A stretch of DNA of 64,000 bases from Spirochaetia bacterium (GTDB lineage: Bacteria > Spirochaetota > Spirochaetia > WTKD01 > G963693115). The notes under the pieces are model-generated. The model had not been told where the DNA came from, made no database searches, and saw only the letters and a list, made by a program, of their open reading frames with translations. Below, one piece after another: positions 26,802 to 36,287 of the stretch. Within the stretch, counting starts at the first letter, position 1. Each line of letters opens with the position of its first letter. A program made the position numbers and the translations under genes. The stretch covers positions 252,680 to 316,679 of the forward strand of contig OY843750.1 of NCBI GenBank assembly GCA_963693115.1. The letters run 5' to 3'.

Positions 26802-28214
26802 TTATAACATATATTTTATATCTGATCCCATAGTCGGATACGCCCATATAGCTGACTTGAGTTGCGTACGTGTGATGTTCTGCCCTATGGCAAGCGCACA
26901 TACATTAATACTTTCCCCTGCCTCATGGCGAAAAAGATGCGCGCCTACGAGTTCGTCATGGTAATACAGCATCTTATACCAGCCGTGCGTTTCGCCTACA
27001 CGTTTAGAAGAAGGCCACGAAGCCGTACTCCCAGACCTTATTGTTACTTCGTTGCCGTAACGTTCGCGCGCTTTTTGTTCGGTCAATCCTACCATTGCTA
27101 ATTGAGGATGAGTGAATACAACAGAAGGAATAATGGGATATACCAAGGGTTTAATTTCGTCACCAAGCAAACTCTCTGGTTTCCTATACGCTGTGGCAAG
27201 AAGACGTTCTAGTAAGGATGCAATATAGCTACCTTGCACATCTGCCACTGGAGCGAGCTGTGGCGAAGAGGCAACAACATCGCCGATTGCAAATACTGTG
27301 TTGTGCACACCTGCATCAGCAATACACCGTAAATACGGGTCAACCTCTATCCCAGATTGTGATACTGGTATACCTATGTGTTCAAGGCCGAGGTCATCTG
27401 TATTGGCTACACGGCCACTCGCGTTTACAATCCTATCTGCTGTGATAGAAGCACTCTTACGCTCGATACCTGAATCAAAGTTAAGAACATAATGTTTTCC
27501 TCTCTGTTCTATGGATGTGGGAACACTCATAACATGTTGCTGTAAGCCTAGCTCACGACCATGTTCTACCAAATGACCAACCATTTCCTCGTCAAATTGT
27601 CTAAGCATGCGTTTACTTCGTTGTAATATTGACACGTTTACATCAAAACTAGATAGCAGATATGCAAATTCATACGCGATATAGCCTCCTCCAATAAATA
27701 CACACGACGAGGGTTCTGATTCCATAGACAAGAATGCCTCACTATCAATGGCATATTCTTGACCTTTTATATTGAGCGATGCAGGTCGTGATCCCGTTGC
27801 AATAACAAAATACTTTGACGTAATTCTGGCATCACCAACCTCGACGGTACGGCTGTCAAGAAATCGCGCATGACCATGAAAGAGTGTAGCACCAGCTTCG
27901 ACAAAACTATTCTCCGTACTCTTTGGCACATAATCGGTAAAACTATTTTTAAAGTCGAGAATTTGCTTCCAACTAGAATGGAGCGACTCTGTAGAACCAA
28001 AGCCTTTACCACGCAAAGAGCGAACAAGTGCACGAATTTCGGCGTGTGTCACAAAAAACTTTTTTGCCTGACATCCGCGCAGTGCACACGTACCCCCATA
28101 TTCTCGCATATCTACCACTCCCACCGAGTACCCAGACCCTGCTAAGGTAGATACTATGTGATACGCTGCTGTCCCTGTTCCAATTACAAATACTTCAAAA
28201 GAAAACTGTTCCAT
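26802..28214 (-). CDS. class I pyridine nucleotide-disulfide oxidoreductase (glutathione reductase / dihydrolipoamide dehydrogenase family)
   Basis: FAD fold VIGTGTAAY, redox-active GGTCALRGCQAKK, C-terminal dimerisation motif YPTMGSD. Confidence 0.8.
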   Translation of the reverse strand: MEQFSFEVFVIGTGTAAYHIVSTLAGSGYSVGVVDMREYGGTCALRGCQAKKFFVTHAEIRALVRSLRGKGFGSTESLHSSWKQILDFKNSFTDYVPKSTENSFVEAGATLFHGHARFLDSRTVEVGDARITSKYFVIATGSRPASLNIKGQEYAIDSEAFLSMESEPSSCVFIGGGYIAYEFAYLLSSFDVNVSILQRSKRMLRQFDEEMVGHLVEHGRELGLQQHVMSVPTSIEQRGKHYVLNFDSGIERKSASITADRIVNASGRVANTDDLGLEHIGIPVSQSGIEVDPYLRCIADAGVHNTVFAIGDVVASSPQLAPVADVQGSYIASLLERLLATAYRKPESLLGDEIKPLVYPIIPSVVFTHPQLAMVGLTEQKARERYGNEVTIRSGSTASWPSSKRVGETHGWYKMLYYHDELVGAHLFRHEAGESINVCALAIGQNITRTQLKSAIWAYPTMGSDIKYML

Positions 28215-28270
28215 GTCTCTTGCATTTCTCCATTATACGTGTACCATCATATGTATGACGATATCACAAA

Positions 28271-29698
28271 CTACAAAACCCTGATTTGCAACGTAGGTAC
28301 AAAGGTATTGTCCACCAAAAAGTCACTAATCAGTATATAGGTACTTCCTTTCCACTGTGGAAATCGATTAAGAAAATGCTCCTGCGCACGCTGTATGGTA
28401 GTCTGGGGTACAGATGAAAAATATATGCGATAGGCAGTAACGCCCCAGTAGAGTTGAATTTTTCTTCTTGTGGGAGGCTCATTGGTAAATGCTATAATCG
28501 GAACATTTGGTCTCAGAGCAGATGTCAGTTTAGCCATATGTCCACTCCGCGTCACCACAAAAATCGATCGGATTCCTTTGTCGTGTCGTAAACAACTTAT
28601 TGCAGCGCGAACTATATTCTCTCTTTGGTTTTGTACTGGGAGATCGAGTGGTATTTTTGTAGCTCTCAGCTGTACCTCGGTCGCACGCACAACAGAATTC
28701 ATAACTTCTACCGATTTTTTTGGCCATGCACCGCCGGCAGTTTCGCCCGAAAGCATAACTGCATCAGCGCGTTGCCACACCGCAAGCGATATATCCGAAG
28801 CCTCGGCACGCGTAGGTATGGGGTTATGAATCATAGACTCTAGCATGTGTGTTGCCACTATGACAGGAGTACGCCTTTGGTGACACATCTCGATTATCTC
28901 CCTCTGGATACGTGGTACATCTTCGAAAGGAATTTCGGCACCGAGATCACCTCGAGCAACCATAATCATATCCGACTCATGTATAATTGCTTCAAGATTT
29001 TTTGTAGCTTCGTGACTTTCAATCTTGGCTATGATGCTCATATTTGATTGTTGTTTCTTGAGATAATCGCGCACAAGGCGAATGTCATCAGCACGCCGTA
29101 TAAATGAAAGCGCAACATAGTCAACGCCATTTTTTATACCAAAATCTATGTCTTCCCAGTCTTTTTGGGTGATTGAATCAAGGGATACGTCCTGTCCGGG
29201 AATATTAATATGTCTCCTTGAACCGATTATACCCCCATCAAGCACTGTACAGATAACATCTGTCTTACTCTTCTCTTTTACTAATAGGTTTATTACCCCA
29301 TTATCGATGAGTACCTTTTGTCCAACTTCAACATCGTCAACAAATGTATCATAACTCACGCCGAGTTTTCCGCTCTGCTCGTACTCTACGCGTTCCGTAG
29401 TCAATATAAGGCTTTGATTTTTTTTTAGCTGTATGGTTGTGTGTAGGTCGGCTGTTCTAATCTCCGGTCCCTTAGTGTCCATAAGAATTGCAACATTGCA
29501 TCCAATTTTTCTGTTGAGCCGTTTTACTAGATTAATCATTTTATCATGGTATTCATGAGTACCATGCGAAAAATTGAGTCTAAATACCTTTACTCCCGCG
29601 TCTACGAGACTCGAAAGTGCGTCATAGCTCGCACAGGCCGGACCGATAGTTGCAATTATTTTACTCTGATTTTGTATTTCTAACAACGATGATTTCAA
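28271..29698 (-). CDS. pyk: pyruvate kinase
   Basis: 475 aa. IIATIGPA, FRLNFSHG, MVARGDLG blocks. Confidence 0.92.
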   Translation of the reverse strand: MKSSLLEIQNQSKIIATIGPACASYDALSSLVDAGVKVFRLNFSHGTHEYHDKMINLVKRLNRKIGCNVAILMDTKGPEIRTADLHTTIQLKKNQSLILTTERVEYEQSGKLGVSYDTFVDDVEVGQKVLIDNGVINLLVKEKSKTDVICTVLDGGIIGSRRHINIPGQDVSLDSITQKDWEDIDFGIKNGVDYVALSFIRRADDIRLVRDYLKKQQSNMSIIAKIESHEATKNLEAIIHESDMIMVARGDLGAEIPFEDVPRIQREIIEMCHQRRTPVIVATHMLESMIHNPIPTRAEASDISLAVWQRADAVMLSGETAGGAWPKKSVEVMNSVVRATEVQLRATKIPLDLPVQNQRENIVRAAISCLRHDKGIRSIFVVTRSGHMAKLTSALRPNVPIIAFTNEPPTRRKIQLYWGVTAYRIYFSSVPQTTIQRAQEHFLNRFPQWKGSTYILISDFLVDNTFVPTLQIRVL

Positions 29699-29742
29699 AC
29701 CTTGTTCCCCCTATATGCCACTGCCTTATACCTTCTTATACC

Positions 29743-30810
29743 TTATAGGCTAAGACTTCCAAAGAGCCGCTCCTCTAATTTGTGAATTTGATCTCTATAC
29801 AGATTGAGAATATTTTGGCCATAGTTAGCTATGAGTTGCATTACATTCCGTGGGCTTGCGTCATTGTCGACTCCATTTATCCTGTCTCCTGCATCTCCCA
29901 ATCCGGGCAATATATACGCTTGCGTATTGAGGGCCGGATCCATCCAAAGAGTGTACATTTGCAAATTGAGATCCTCATGCGCACGAATCAAGCGCAAAGC
30001 TCCCTGTATAGCACTTATTATATGAAACATTTTTATTGAACGTGGCTTGGCTCCTCGCTCATAAATAAATTTGAGTACAGAATCTATGCTACCAGCAGTA
30101 GCATTCATTGGATCAGCAATAATTACATCTTTGTCATGCAACTGTTCTATGTCATAAAATGAATGTTCTTCATGAAGAATGTACTCCATATTACTGGCAT
30201 CCTTGCGTTCATCACGCTTTATTCGAAAGAGTGCAAAATTTGGCACATAGCCTATGGATGAATACTCCTGTATCTCCTTAGCCATGATAAGTGACGGCAA
30301 GAGCGCTCCTCTAAGCATTACACACATCACCGTATTGTGTATTTGCTCGTCTAAATCGGGTAATTTATGAATCGCGTAGTTCTGTGTTGGCGACGTGACA
30401 GGAGTGGGTATGACAAAATAATTTTTTTTGCTTCGTATGCTCTCCTGAAATCCATAGGCAAAAAGAGTCTCAAATGCTCGCTGTGTATAATACACAAATT
30501 CTTCGTTATGAGTCTCTACGTTTCTCAATTTTGCTATCATTCTTGATACGGTACCATGAGTTTCGCGTGGTTGTTCAAATGAATAAACATGTAGCTGAGG
30601 AATTTCAGACAAATGTTCTTTCATAACCTGCCCCATTCTATTTGAAGCATCGACTAAGAGGTCACGCTCTTTTGTACTAGATACATCGTTGCGCGAGTAA
30701 CGACGAAATATGTCTGACTGTTCAGTATACATTTTCTGCAACTGATTAACAAACTGCTTGTCTTTCTCTGAGAAACGTGTCTGTATCTCTCGTAAATGTG
30801 TTACTATCAT
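29743..30810 (-). CDS. uracil phosphoribosyltransferase homologue with ~130-aa N-terminal extension
   Basis: PRPP loop VIIADPMNATAGS and C-terminal YILPGLGDAGDR are UPRT hallmarks. 355 aa is well above the roughly 200-aa size I recall for typical bacterial Upp. No SD before ATG 30810; the next in-frame ATG is codon 27. Confidence 0.7.
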   Translation of the reverse strand: MIVTHLREIQTRFSEKDKQFVNQLQKMYTEQSDIFRRYSRNDVSSTKERDLLVDASNRMGQVMKEHLSEIPQLHVYSFEQPRETHGTVSRMIAKLRNVETHNEEFVYYTQRAFETLFAYGFQESIRSKKNYFVIPTPVTSPTQNYAIHKLPDLDEQIHNTVMCVMLRGALLPSLIMAKEIQEYSSIGYVPNFALFRIKRDERKDASNMEYILHEEHSFYDIEQLHDKDVIIADPMNATAGSIDSVLKFIYERGAKPRSIKMFHIISAIQGALRLIRAHEDLNLQMYTLWMDPALNTQAYILPGLGDAGDRINGVDNDASPRNVMQLIANYGQNILNLYRDQIHKLEERLFGSLSL

Positions 30811-30975
30811 TTTTTATTGGCATTTTTTATTGGCATTTTCTATTGGCATTTCTATTGGTATTCTTTATTGGCATTTCTATTGGCGCTCTCTGCTGGTGTT
30901 CTTTATTGGCATTTCTATTGGCGCTCTCTGCTGGTGTTCTTTATTGGCACCCTTTATTGCCACCCTTTATTGCCA
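30811..30975. repeat. 12/13-bp tandem array, ~13 copies (ttctttattggca family)
   Basis: Read directly: ttttttattggca x2, ttttctattggca, tttctattggta, then (ttctttattggca tttctattggcg ctctctgctggtg) x2, ttctttattggca, ccctttattgcca x2. It abuts the start codon of the UPRT homologue. Confidence 0.9.
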
Positions 30976-31082
30976 TAGTAATGTCATCCATCAAAACAAC
31001 AAACAATTTCCTTTAAGTTGTGGCATGCGTGATACACATAACAAAACAACTTCAGTATGGCACATTCATACAGCATAATTAT

Positions 31083-32249
31083 TTAGCTAGAAATCTTCTT
31101 CATTTTTTCTTCAAGACTAGAGAGCAATACTCCAAAGGGTTTAATAAATTTGTCTATTCCCTCCTCTAGTAGCGTGTTCATTACTATGTCTACATCAATA
31201 TTAATTGGTGCAGACCCAAGACGAGAAAAAACCTCGCGTTCACTATTGATATTTTCTTCCACCCTATCGGGCAAGGGTTTCGAAGACGTAAGCGTTGCTT
31301 CTACCGTTGCAGGTGGCATGGTATTGACGGTATTCTTTCCTACAAGAGTATCCACATACATCGTAGAACTATAACTGGGATTTTTAGTACCAGTACTTGC
31401 CCACAAAAGACGCTGTGGACGAGCCCCGATCGTAGCAACACTCTCCCATTCCTTTCCAGAAAATATCGCTAGATAGCTTTGATATGCAAGCTTTGCATTT
31501 GCTATGGCAGCTTTTCCTAGTAGAGAACGTATTGCTTTGCTATCTGTAGATTCTTCTTGACTAGACTCCCTGTGTTCGTTGGAAGAAAGTACGCTCAGTT
31601 TTTCCTCAAGCATGGCATCAATCATTACATCTATTCGACTTAAGAAGAAGCTAGCTACAGACGCAACCTTATGTACGTCTTGACCACGACTTGCACGCTG
31701 TTGTAATGCTCTCACATATGTTCTTGCTGTTTTTTCATATGCATCAATAGAAAAAAGTAAGGTTACATTGACATTAATGCCTTGCTGTAAAAGTTCTTCA
31801 ACAGCTGGGAGTCCTTCGGGTGTGCCAGGAATTTTTATCATTACATTTGGATAATCAATTTCTTTGTAATATCTTTGTGCTGTATCAATACTCTCTTGCG
31901 TTTTGTCTGCAAGATCGGGGGGAACTTCGACGCTGACATACCCATCTCGCCCCCCTGTTCTTTCATATACGGGCATAAATTCGGCACAGGCATCTCGTAT
32001 GTCTTGAAATACGAGGGCCTCGTATACCCCTCGCACTGCAAGCCCATCGCGTACAAGCGAATGAATCGCATTATCATAGCTCGTATTACCTTTTATTGCT
32101 TTTTCAAAAATAGCGGGATTGGATGTCAAACCAAGTATACCTTTTTCATGTATAAGCTCTTTGAGTTCGCCACTCACGATCATATCTCGACTAAGATTAT
32201 CTATCCATACGCTTTGACCTAATTGCTCTAATCTTTGCACAGTATTCAT
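31083..32249 (-). CDS. tal: transaldolase (long form)
   Basis: 388 aa. SVWIDNLSR N-terminal block and catalytic-Lys block VMIKIPGT. Confidence 0.85.
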   Translation of the reverse strand: MNTVQRLEQLGQSVWIDNLSRDMIVSGELKELIHEKGILGLTSNPAIFEKAIKGNTSYDNAIHSLVRDGLAVRGVYEALVFQDIRDACAEFMPVYERTGGRDGYVSVEVPPDLADKTQESIDTAQRYYKEIDYPNVMIKIPGTPEGLPAVEELLQQGINVNVTLLFSIDAYEKTARTYVRALQQRASRGQDVHKVASVASFFLSRIDVMIDAMLEEKLSVLSSNEHRESSQEESTDSKAIRSLLGKAAIANAKLAYQSYLAIFSGKEWESVATIGARPQRLLWASTGTKNPSYSSTMYVDTLVGKNTVNTMPPATVEATLTSSKPLPDRVEENINSEREVFSRLGSAPINIDVDIVMNTLLEEGIDKFIKPFGVLLSSLEEKMKKISS

Positions 32250-32356
32250 AACATTCCTCGTTTTTACATGTTTTATTTCTTATTATAACGTATTGATTCT
32301 TATAGTAACTCACTATTTTTTCTTTAAATTAAGTTATCCCGTATATACTTAAAGAC

Positions 32357-33016
32357 ATGCAAGACTGGCGCCATCTTCATCCCCAGTTTGAACATACCGA
32401 ACTTACTGATAATGTCCCCCCATCTCCTTGGGAATTATGGTCAATGTGGACTCAAGCAGCAGAGGCACATCTACAAGATAGTCCATTGTACATAAACGAA
32501 ATAGCGATTGCCACATGCGGAAAAGATCTCATACCAAGTGTACGTATGGTGCTCTTAAAAGAAGTAAGCCCAGAACGTGGCTTTTGCTGGTACACAAACC
32601 GCAAAAGCGAAAAAGGAGTCGACCTCAGTCAAAATCCACGTGCAGAAATACTTTGGTACTTTGTATACTTTCACCAACAAATACGTATCAAAGGAACCGT
32701 CAGTGAGGTCTCCCAAGAACAGAGCGTTCGCTACGCACAATCCCGTCCACTCAAGAGCCAACTAAGCGCTTATATATCACAGCAGAGCAGAAGTGTTAAA
32801 AGCAAGCAATACCTTAACGAGCTCTACAAAAAAGAAGAAGAAAAAATTATTCAACAAGGAACCTGCCCCGTTCCTTCTGACTGGACAGGCTATTCACTCA
32901 GTCCAACGTACTTTGAATTTTGGCAGGGTCGTCCCGATAGGCTTCATGACAGGATTACCTACACTCAAACTTCTACTATGCCTGACTCATGGCACAGTGA
33001 ACGACTGTTTCCCTAG
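32357..33016 (+). CDS. pdxH: pyridoxamine 5'-phosphate oxidase
   Basis: 219 aa. C-terminal FEFWQGRPDRLHDR signature. Confidence 0.88.
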   Translation: MQDWRHLHPQFEHTELTDNVPPSPWELWSMWTQAAEAHLQDSPLYINEIAIATCGKDLIPSVRMVLLKEVSPERGFCWYTNRKSEKGVDLSQNPRAEILWYFVYFHQQIRIKGTVSEVSQEQSVRYAQSRPLKSQLSAYISQQSRSVKSKQYLNELYKKEEEKIIQQGTCPVPSDWTGYSLSPTYFEFWQGRPDRLHDRITYTQTSTMPDSWHSERLFP

Positions 33017-33046
33017 CTGGTTTTGTTACTGGATTCTGTAGCAATC

Positions 33047-34564
33047 CTAGACCACGGACTCTTGTACACTTCTGCAACGCGACACAGCGTCGTGCCATCC
33101 TCGTACTAGTGTCTTTCTTTTTTCACTTGACATATTGGGTCTATATGTTTTCTTAGTAGCAACAATGCTACGTATCACATCTAGATTTTCATACACCCCA
33201 ACAGCAAGACCCGCTAAGTATGCTACTCCTAAGGCGGTTACTTCTGCATTGCGAGGAATCACAACTTCCGCATCCAAAACATCAGCTTGAAATTGCATTA
33301 AAAAGTCATCCCCTATTGCACCACCATCTACACGTAGTATGTGTATGGGAGTTTCGGAGTCTTGCTCTATTGCTTTTACTAAATCATAACATTGGTAAGC
33401 AATCGCTTCATTTGCCGCACGAACAATATGTGCCCGCTCCGTACCACGCGTAAGACCCATAATAATTCCACGTGCATCAGCATCCCAATAAGGTGAACCC
33501 AATCCCACAAGTGCAGGAACAAGATATACTCCTGCGGTGTCTTTCACGCTTGCACTAAGCGACGCAACCTCCGATGCCTTTTCAAAGAATGCTAGCTTGT
33601 CTCTTAGCCATTGTATGATTGCTCCTGCGATAAATACGCTTCCTTCTAAGGCGTATTGTATCTGTCCTTTTTGTGTCGCTGCAACCGTACTAAGCAAACC
33701 ATGTGAGGAATGACGTATTTTATTTCCTGTATTCGTCAAAAAGAAACACCCTGTGCCATAGGTGTTTTTTGAGTCACCCGCATCAAAACAGGCATGACCA
33801 AAGAGTGCCGCTTGTTGATCTCCTGCAATACCCGCAATGGGATATAGTGAGTCACGATAAGGGTATTCGGCAACTACCTCAGACGATGAGCAAAGCGAGG
33901 GCAGTGCTGAGCGGGGTACCCCAAAAAGCGTCAATAACTCATCATCCCATTCTAAACTATGGATATCAAACAACAGAGTTCTCGATGCATTAGTGTAATC
34001 AGTTACATGAACACGACCCTTTGTAAACGTGTAAATGATCCATGAGTCAACCGTGCCTATACGTAATGTATGTTCTCTTGCTTTTTGCTGTATATTTTCA
34101 ACATTCTGCAATGCCCATGCTATTTTTGAACCAGAAAAATAGGGATCAAGCAACAGGCCTGTTTTCTGCTTAATAAGAGTTTCATACCCTTGCGATTTTA
34201 ATTGCCGACATATCTCGCTAGAACGCCGACACTGCCATACTATGGCATGATAAAGCGGGACACCTGTTTCTGCATCCCAGAACACGAGGGTTTCGCGCTG
34301 ATTACAAATGCCTATGGCACTAATATCCTTTGGAGCTATCCCCCGTCTTTCTGTTGCTTCTTTGAGGACAGACTCGAGCACCTTTCGTTGCCCGCTTATT
34401 ATCTGATTGGCATCTTGCTCAACCCATCCCGGCTGTGGAAAAAAAGACTCTAGAGGAGTATAATCACTCAGGACTACAGTCCCTTCGTTATCAATGAGCA
34501 GTGCTCGAGAACTCGTAGTGCCTTGATCCAGCGATATTATATACTTTTTTGAGAAGTTACTCAT
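33047..34564 (-). CDS. glpK: glycerol kinase
   Basis: 505 aa. DQGTTSSR, FPQPGWVEQD, GDQQAALFG blocks. Confidence 0.93.
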   Translation of the reverse strand: MSNFSKKYIISLDQGTTSSRALLIDNEGTVVLSDYTPLESFFPQPGWVEQDANQIISGQRKVLESVLKEATERRGIAPKDISAIGICNQRETLVFWDAETGVPLYHAIVWQCRRSSEICRQLKSQGYETLIKQKTGLLLDPYFSGSKIAWALQNVENIQQKAREHTLRIGTVDSWIIYTFTKGRVHVTDYTNASRTLLFDIHSLEWDDELLTLFGVPRSALPSLCSSSEVVAEYPYRDSLYPIAGIAGDQQAALFGHACFDAGDSKNTYGTGCFFLTNTGNKIRHSSHGLLSTVAATQKGQIQYALEGSVFIAGAIIQWLRDKLAFFEKASEVASLSASVKDTAGVYLVPALVGLGSPYWDADARGIIMGLTRGTERAHIVRAANEAIAYQCYDLVKAIEQDSETPIHILRVDGGAIGDDFLMQFQADVLDAEVVIPRNAEVTALGVAYLAGLAVGVYENLDVIRSIVATKKTYRPNMSSEKRKTLVRGWHDAVSRCRSVQESVV

Positions 34565-34685
34565 TACGTCCCACTAGACAAGCAAGCAAATTAGTTTCTT
34601 TCCTGAATACTAACTTGCTTGAATACCAAAATATAAAACCCAAATGCTAAAAACCAGGTTCTAAAAAACCAAATACAAAAAAAAT

Positions 34686-34795
34686 GCTTGGCAACTTCCT
34701 ACTCTCCCGCTTGCGCAGTACCATCGGCGTAGAAGGGCTTAACTGCCGTGTTCGGAATGGAAACGGGTGTTACACCTTCGCTGTTATCACCAAGC
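34686..34795 (-). rRNA. rrf: 5S ribosomal RNA (stand-alone)
   Basis: The reverse complement reads gcttggtgataacagcg...cccgtttccattccgaacacggcagttaagc...gccgatggtactg...gggagagtaggaagttgccaagc (110 nt). The ends form helix I (gcttgg/ccaagc). Confidence 0.92.
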
Positions 34796-34801
34796 TCTTT
34801 A

Positions 34802-34831
34802 ATTATAACACATATTATAATCTTGTGTCAA
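34802..34831 (-). promoter_or_regulatory. sigma70-type promoter for the 5S gene: TTGACA-N18-TATAAT
   Basis: Minus strand: ctcTTGACAcaagattataatatgtgtTATAATtaaagag-gcttgg. The -10 ends 6 nt before the mature 5S 5' end (34795). Confidence 0.6.
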
Positions 34832-34862
34832 GAGATTTTTATAATCTTGCGTTGAGAGATTT
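34815..34862. repeat. 24-bp tandem duplication spanning the 5S -35 region
   Basis: ttataatcttgtgtcaagagattt / ttataatcttgcgttgagagattt (21 of 24 identical by eye). The proximal copy carries TTGACA; the distal copy carries TCAACG. Confidence 0.8.
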
Positions 34863-34969
34863 GCGATATATCTTATCGACATCGCTACCTGTGCCTCGCA
34901 TGTACAGTAGACCTGTTACTAATGTCAATACACACGTACTGCTTGTATAGTATTGGGCATGCATACAAG

Positions 34970-35566
34970 CTATTTTGCTTTTAAAGAGACAAGATTACCG
35001 CTTGAGTCTTTTTGTGAAAATTCCCCAATAGGCAACAGGGTGGCATTTAGTGCATCCAAGCGCTCCTGCGATACATTTGTTTCAAATACTACTATAAAAT
35101 CTAACCTTCTTCCTTTACGCTCATTTATATCGATATATACGGGATCGTTCTCCAGTGCCGTCGTCGGATGGCTAAAGCGATACCACGCACCAGAGAATAC
35201 GTCAACTAATAACCCAATATACCCTGTTACCACATTTCCGATCACCCAGTACGAAAATTCGCTGTCTATTACGAGCGTTATGGTATCAGACTGTTCCGTA
35301 GGATACTCAAATACAATCTCATAACTATAGGGATCAAGTACATCAGCTCGCTTAAGTGTATAGCCAATGCTCGGCGTTGTTCCACTATCTACCATAGATC
35401 GTTTTCCTTCAAATAATTCATATAAGGTATAGTCGATTTCACCTGGTCTTGAATCAAAACTTGTCAAGGTATTTGTTCCTTCTATTATTGTTGCACACCC
35501 CAATACCAAAGCCACTGCAAAAGCTACTAGAGTAAAAAAAATAATGTGTATTACTGGTGTTTTCAT
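34970..35566 (-). CDS. hypothetical lipoprotein
   Basis: 198 aa. Signal peptide MKTPVIHIIFFTLVAFAVALVLGC (lipobox VLGC). No recognisable domain. Confidence 0.65.
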   Translation of the reverse strand: MKTPVIHIIFFTLVAFAVALVLGCATIIEGTNTLTSFDSRPGEIDYTLYELFEGKRSMVDSGTTPSIGYTLKRADVLDPYSYEIVFEYPTEQSDTITLVIDSEFSYWVIGNVVTGYIGLLVDVFSGAWYRFSHPTTALENDPVYIDINERKGRRLDFIVVFETNVSQERLDALNATLLPIGEFSQKDSSGNLVSLKAK

Positions 35567-35646
35567 AAATATACTATAACATAAACAAATATGCTTCGAT
35601 GTCTCTCATATGGTGCCTAGTGTAGTACACTAGTACCAGTAGATTG

Positions 35647-36249
35647 ATGAACACACAAGCTCATATACTAATAAATACAGTACTCCTTACCCGTAAACAT
35701 TCAAAAAAATACCTGTATAGCGCTGCGCTATGGGGAGCACTATTGCCTGACCTCCCTATATTTGTTTTTTTTCTCGTTGAAGGGCTACGAGTAGGGTTTG
35801 GCAATCCAATTATATGGAGAGAACTATATTTTTCTTCTCGTTGGACTACGGTGTTTGCTATATTTAATTCGATCCCTCTCTCGGTATGCATTGTAATTGG
35901 AGGGTATATAGTCAAACAACTGACGGCTAGGGTGCGAACTGGGGTGTGGCTTACTATTTTTGGGTGGAGCTTATTCTTGCATACGATCTCAGATCTTGTC
36001 TTGCACCACGACGACGGGCATCCACATTTTTTTCCATTTAACGACTTTATATTTTCGAGCCCTATTTCATATTGGGATCCAGCACATTATGGAACACTCG
36101 TAGGGAGCATAGAAACAGCGATAAGTCTTCTATGTACACTACTGCTTTTACTCAGAACAAAAAAACGCTCTATGCGCATATTTTTAGGTCTTGTAGCACT
36201 AATACTCATTGTACTTTTTGTCTTGCCCCTGCTCTTTGATTTCTTTTGA
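35647..36249 (+). CDS. hypothetical polytopic membrane protein with His-rich motif (possible membrane-bound metal-dependent hydrolase)
   Basis: ~200 aa, 5-6 TM, HTISDLVLHHDDGHPHFFPF. ATG 35647 is preferred over TTG 35644. Confidence 0.55.
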   Translation: MNTQAHILINTVLLTRKHSKKYLYSAALWGALLPDLPIFVFFLVEGLRVGFGNPIIWRELYFSSRWTTVFAIFNSIPLSVCIVIGGYIVKQLTARVRTGVWLTIFGWSLFLHTISDLVLHHDDGHPHFFPFNDFIFSSPISYWDPAHYGTLVGSIETAISLLCTLLLLLRTKKRSMRIFLGLVALILIVLFVLPLLFDFF

Positions 36250-36287
36250 GATTTCTTTTGAGATCTTTTTTGAGATCTCTTTTTTGG
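36238..36287. repeat. 12-bp tandem repeat (atttcttttgag family), ~4 copies
   Basis: tgatttcttttgag atttcttttgag atcttttttgag atctctttttt. It spans the stop codon of the preceding CDS. Confidence 0.8.

Noticed and set aside
30758-31078. Three overlapping + strand ORFs (FYWHFLLAF... repeat peptides)
   Set aside because: They are read-through of the 12/13-bp tandem array in three frames. The unit length is not a multiple of 3, and there is no start context.
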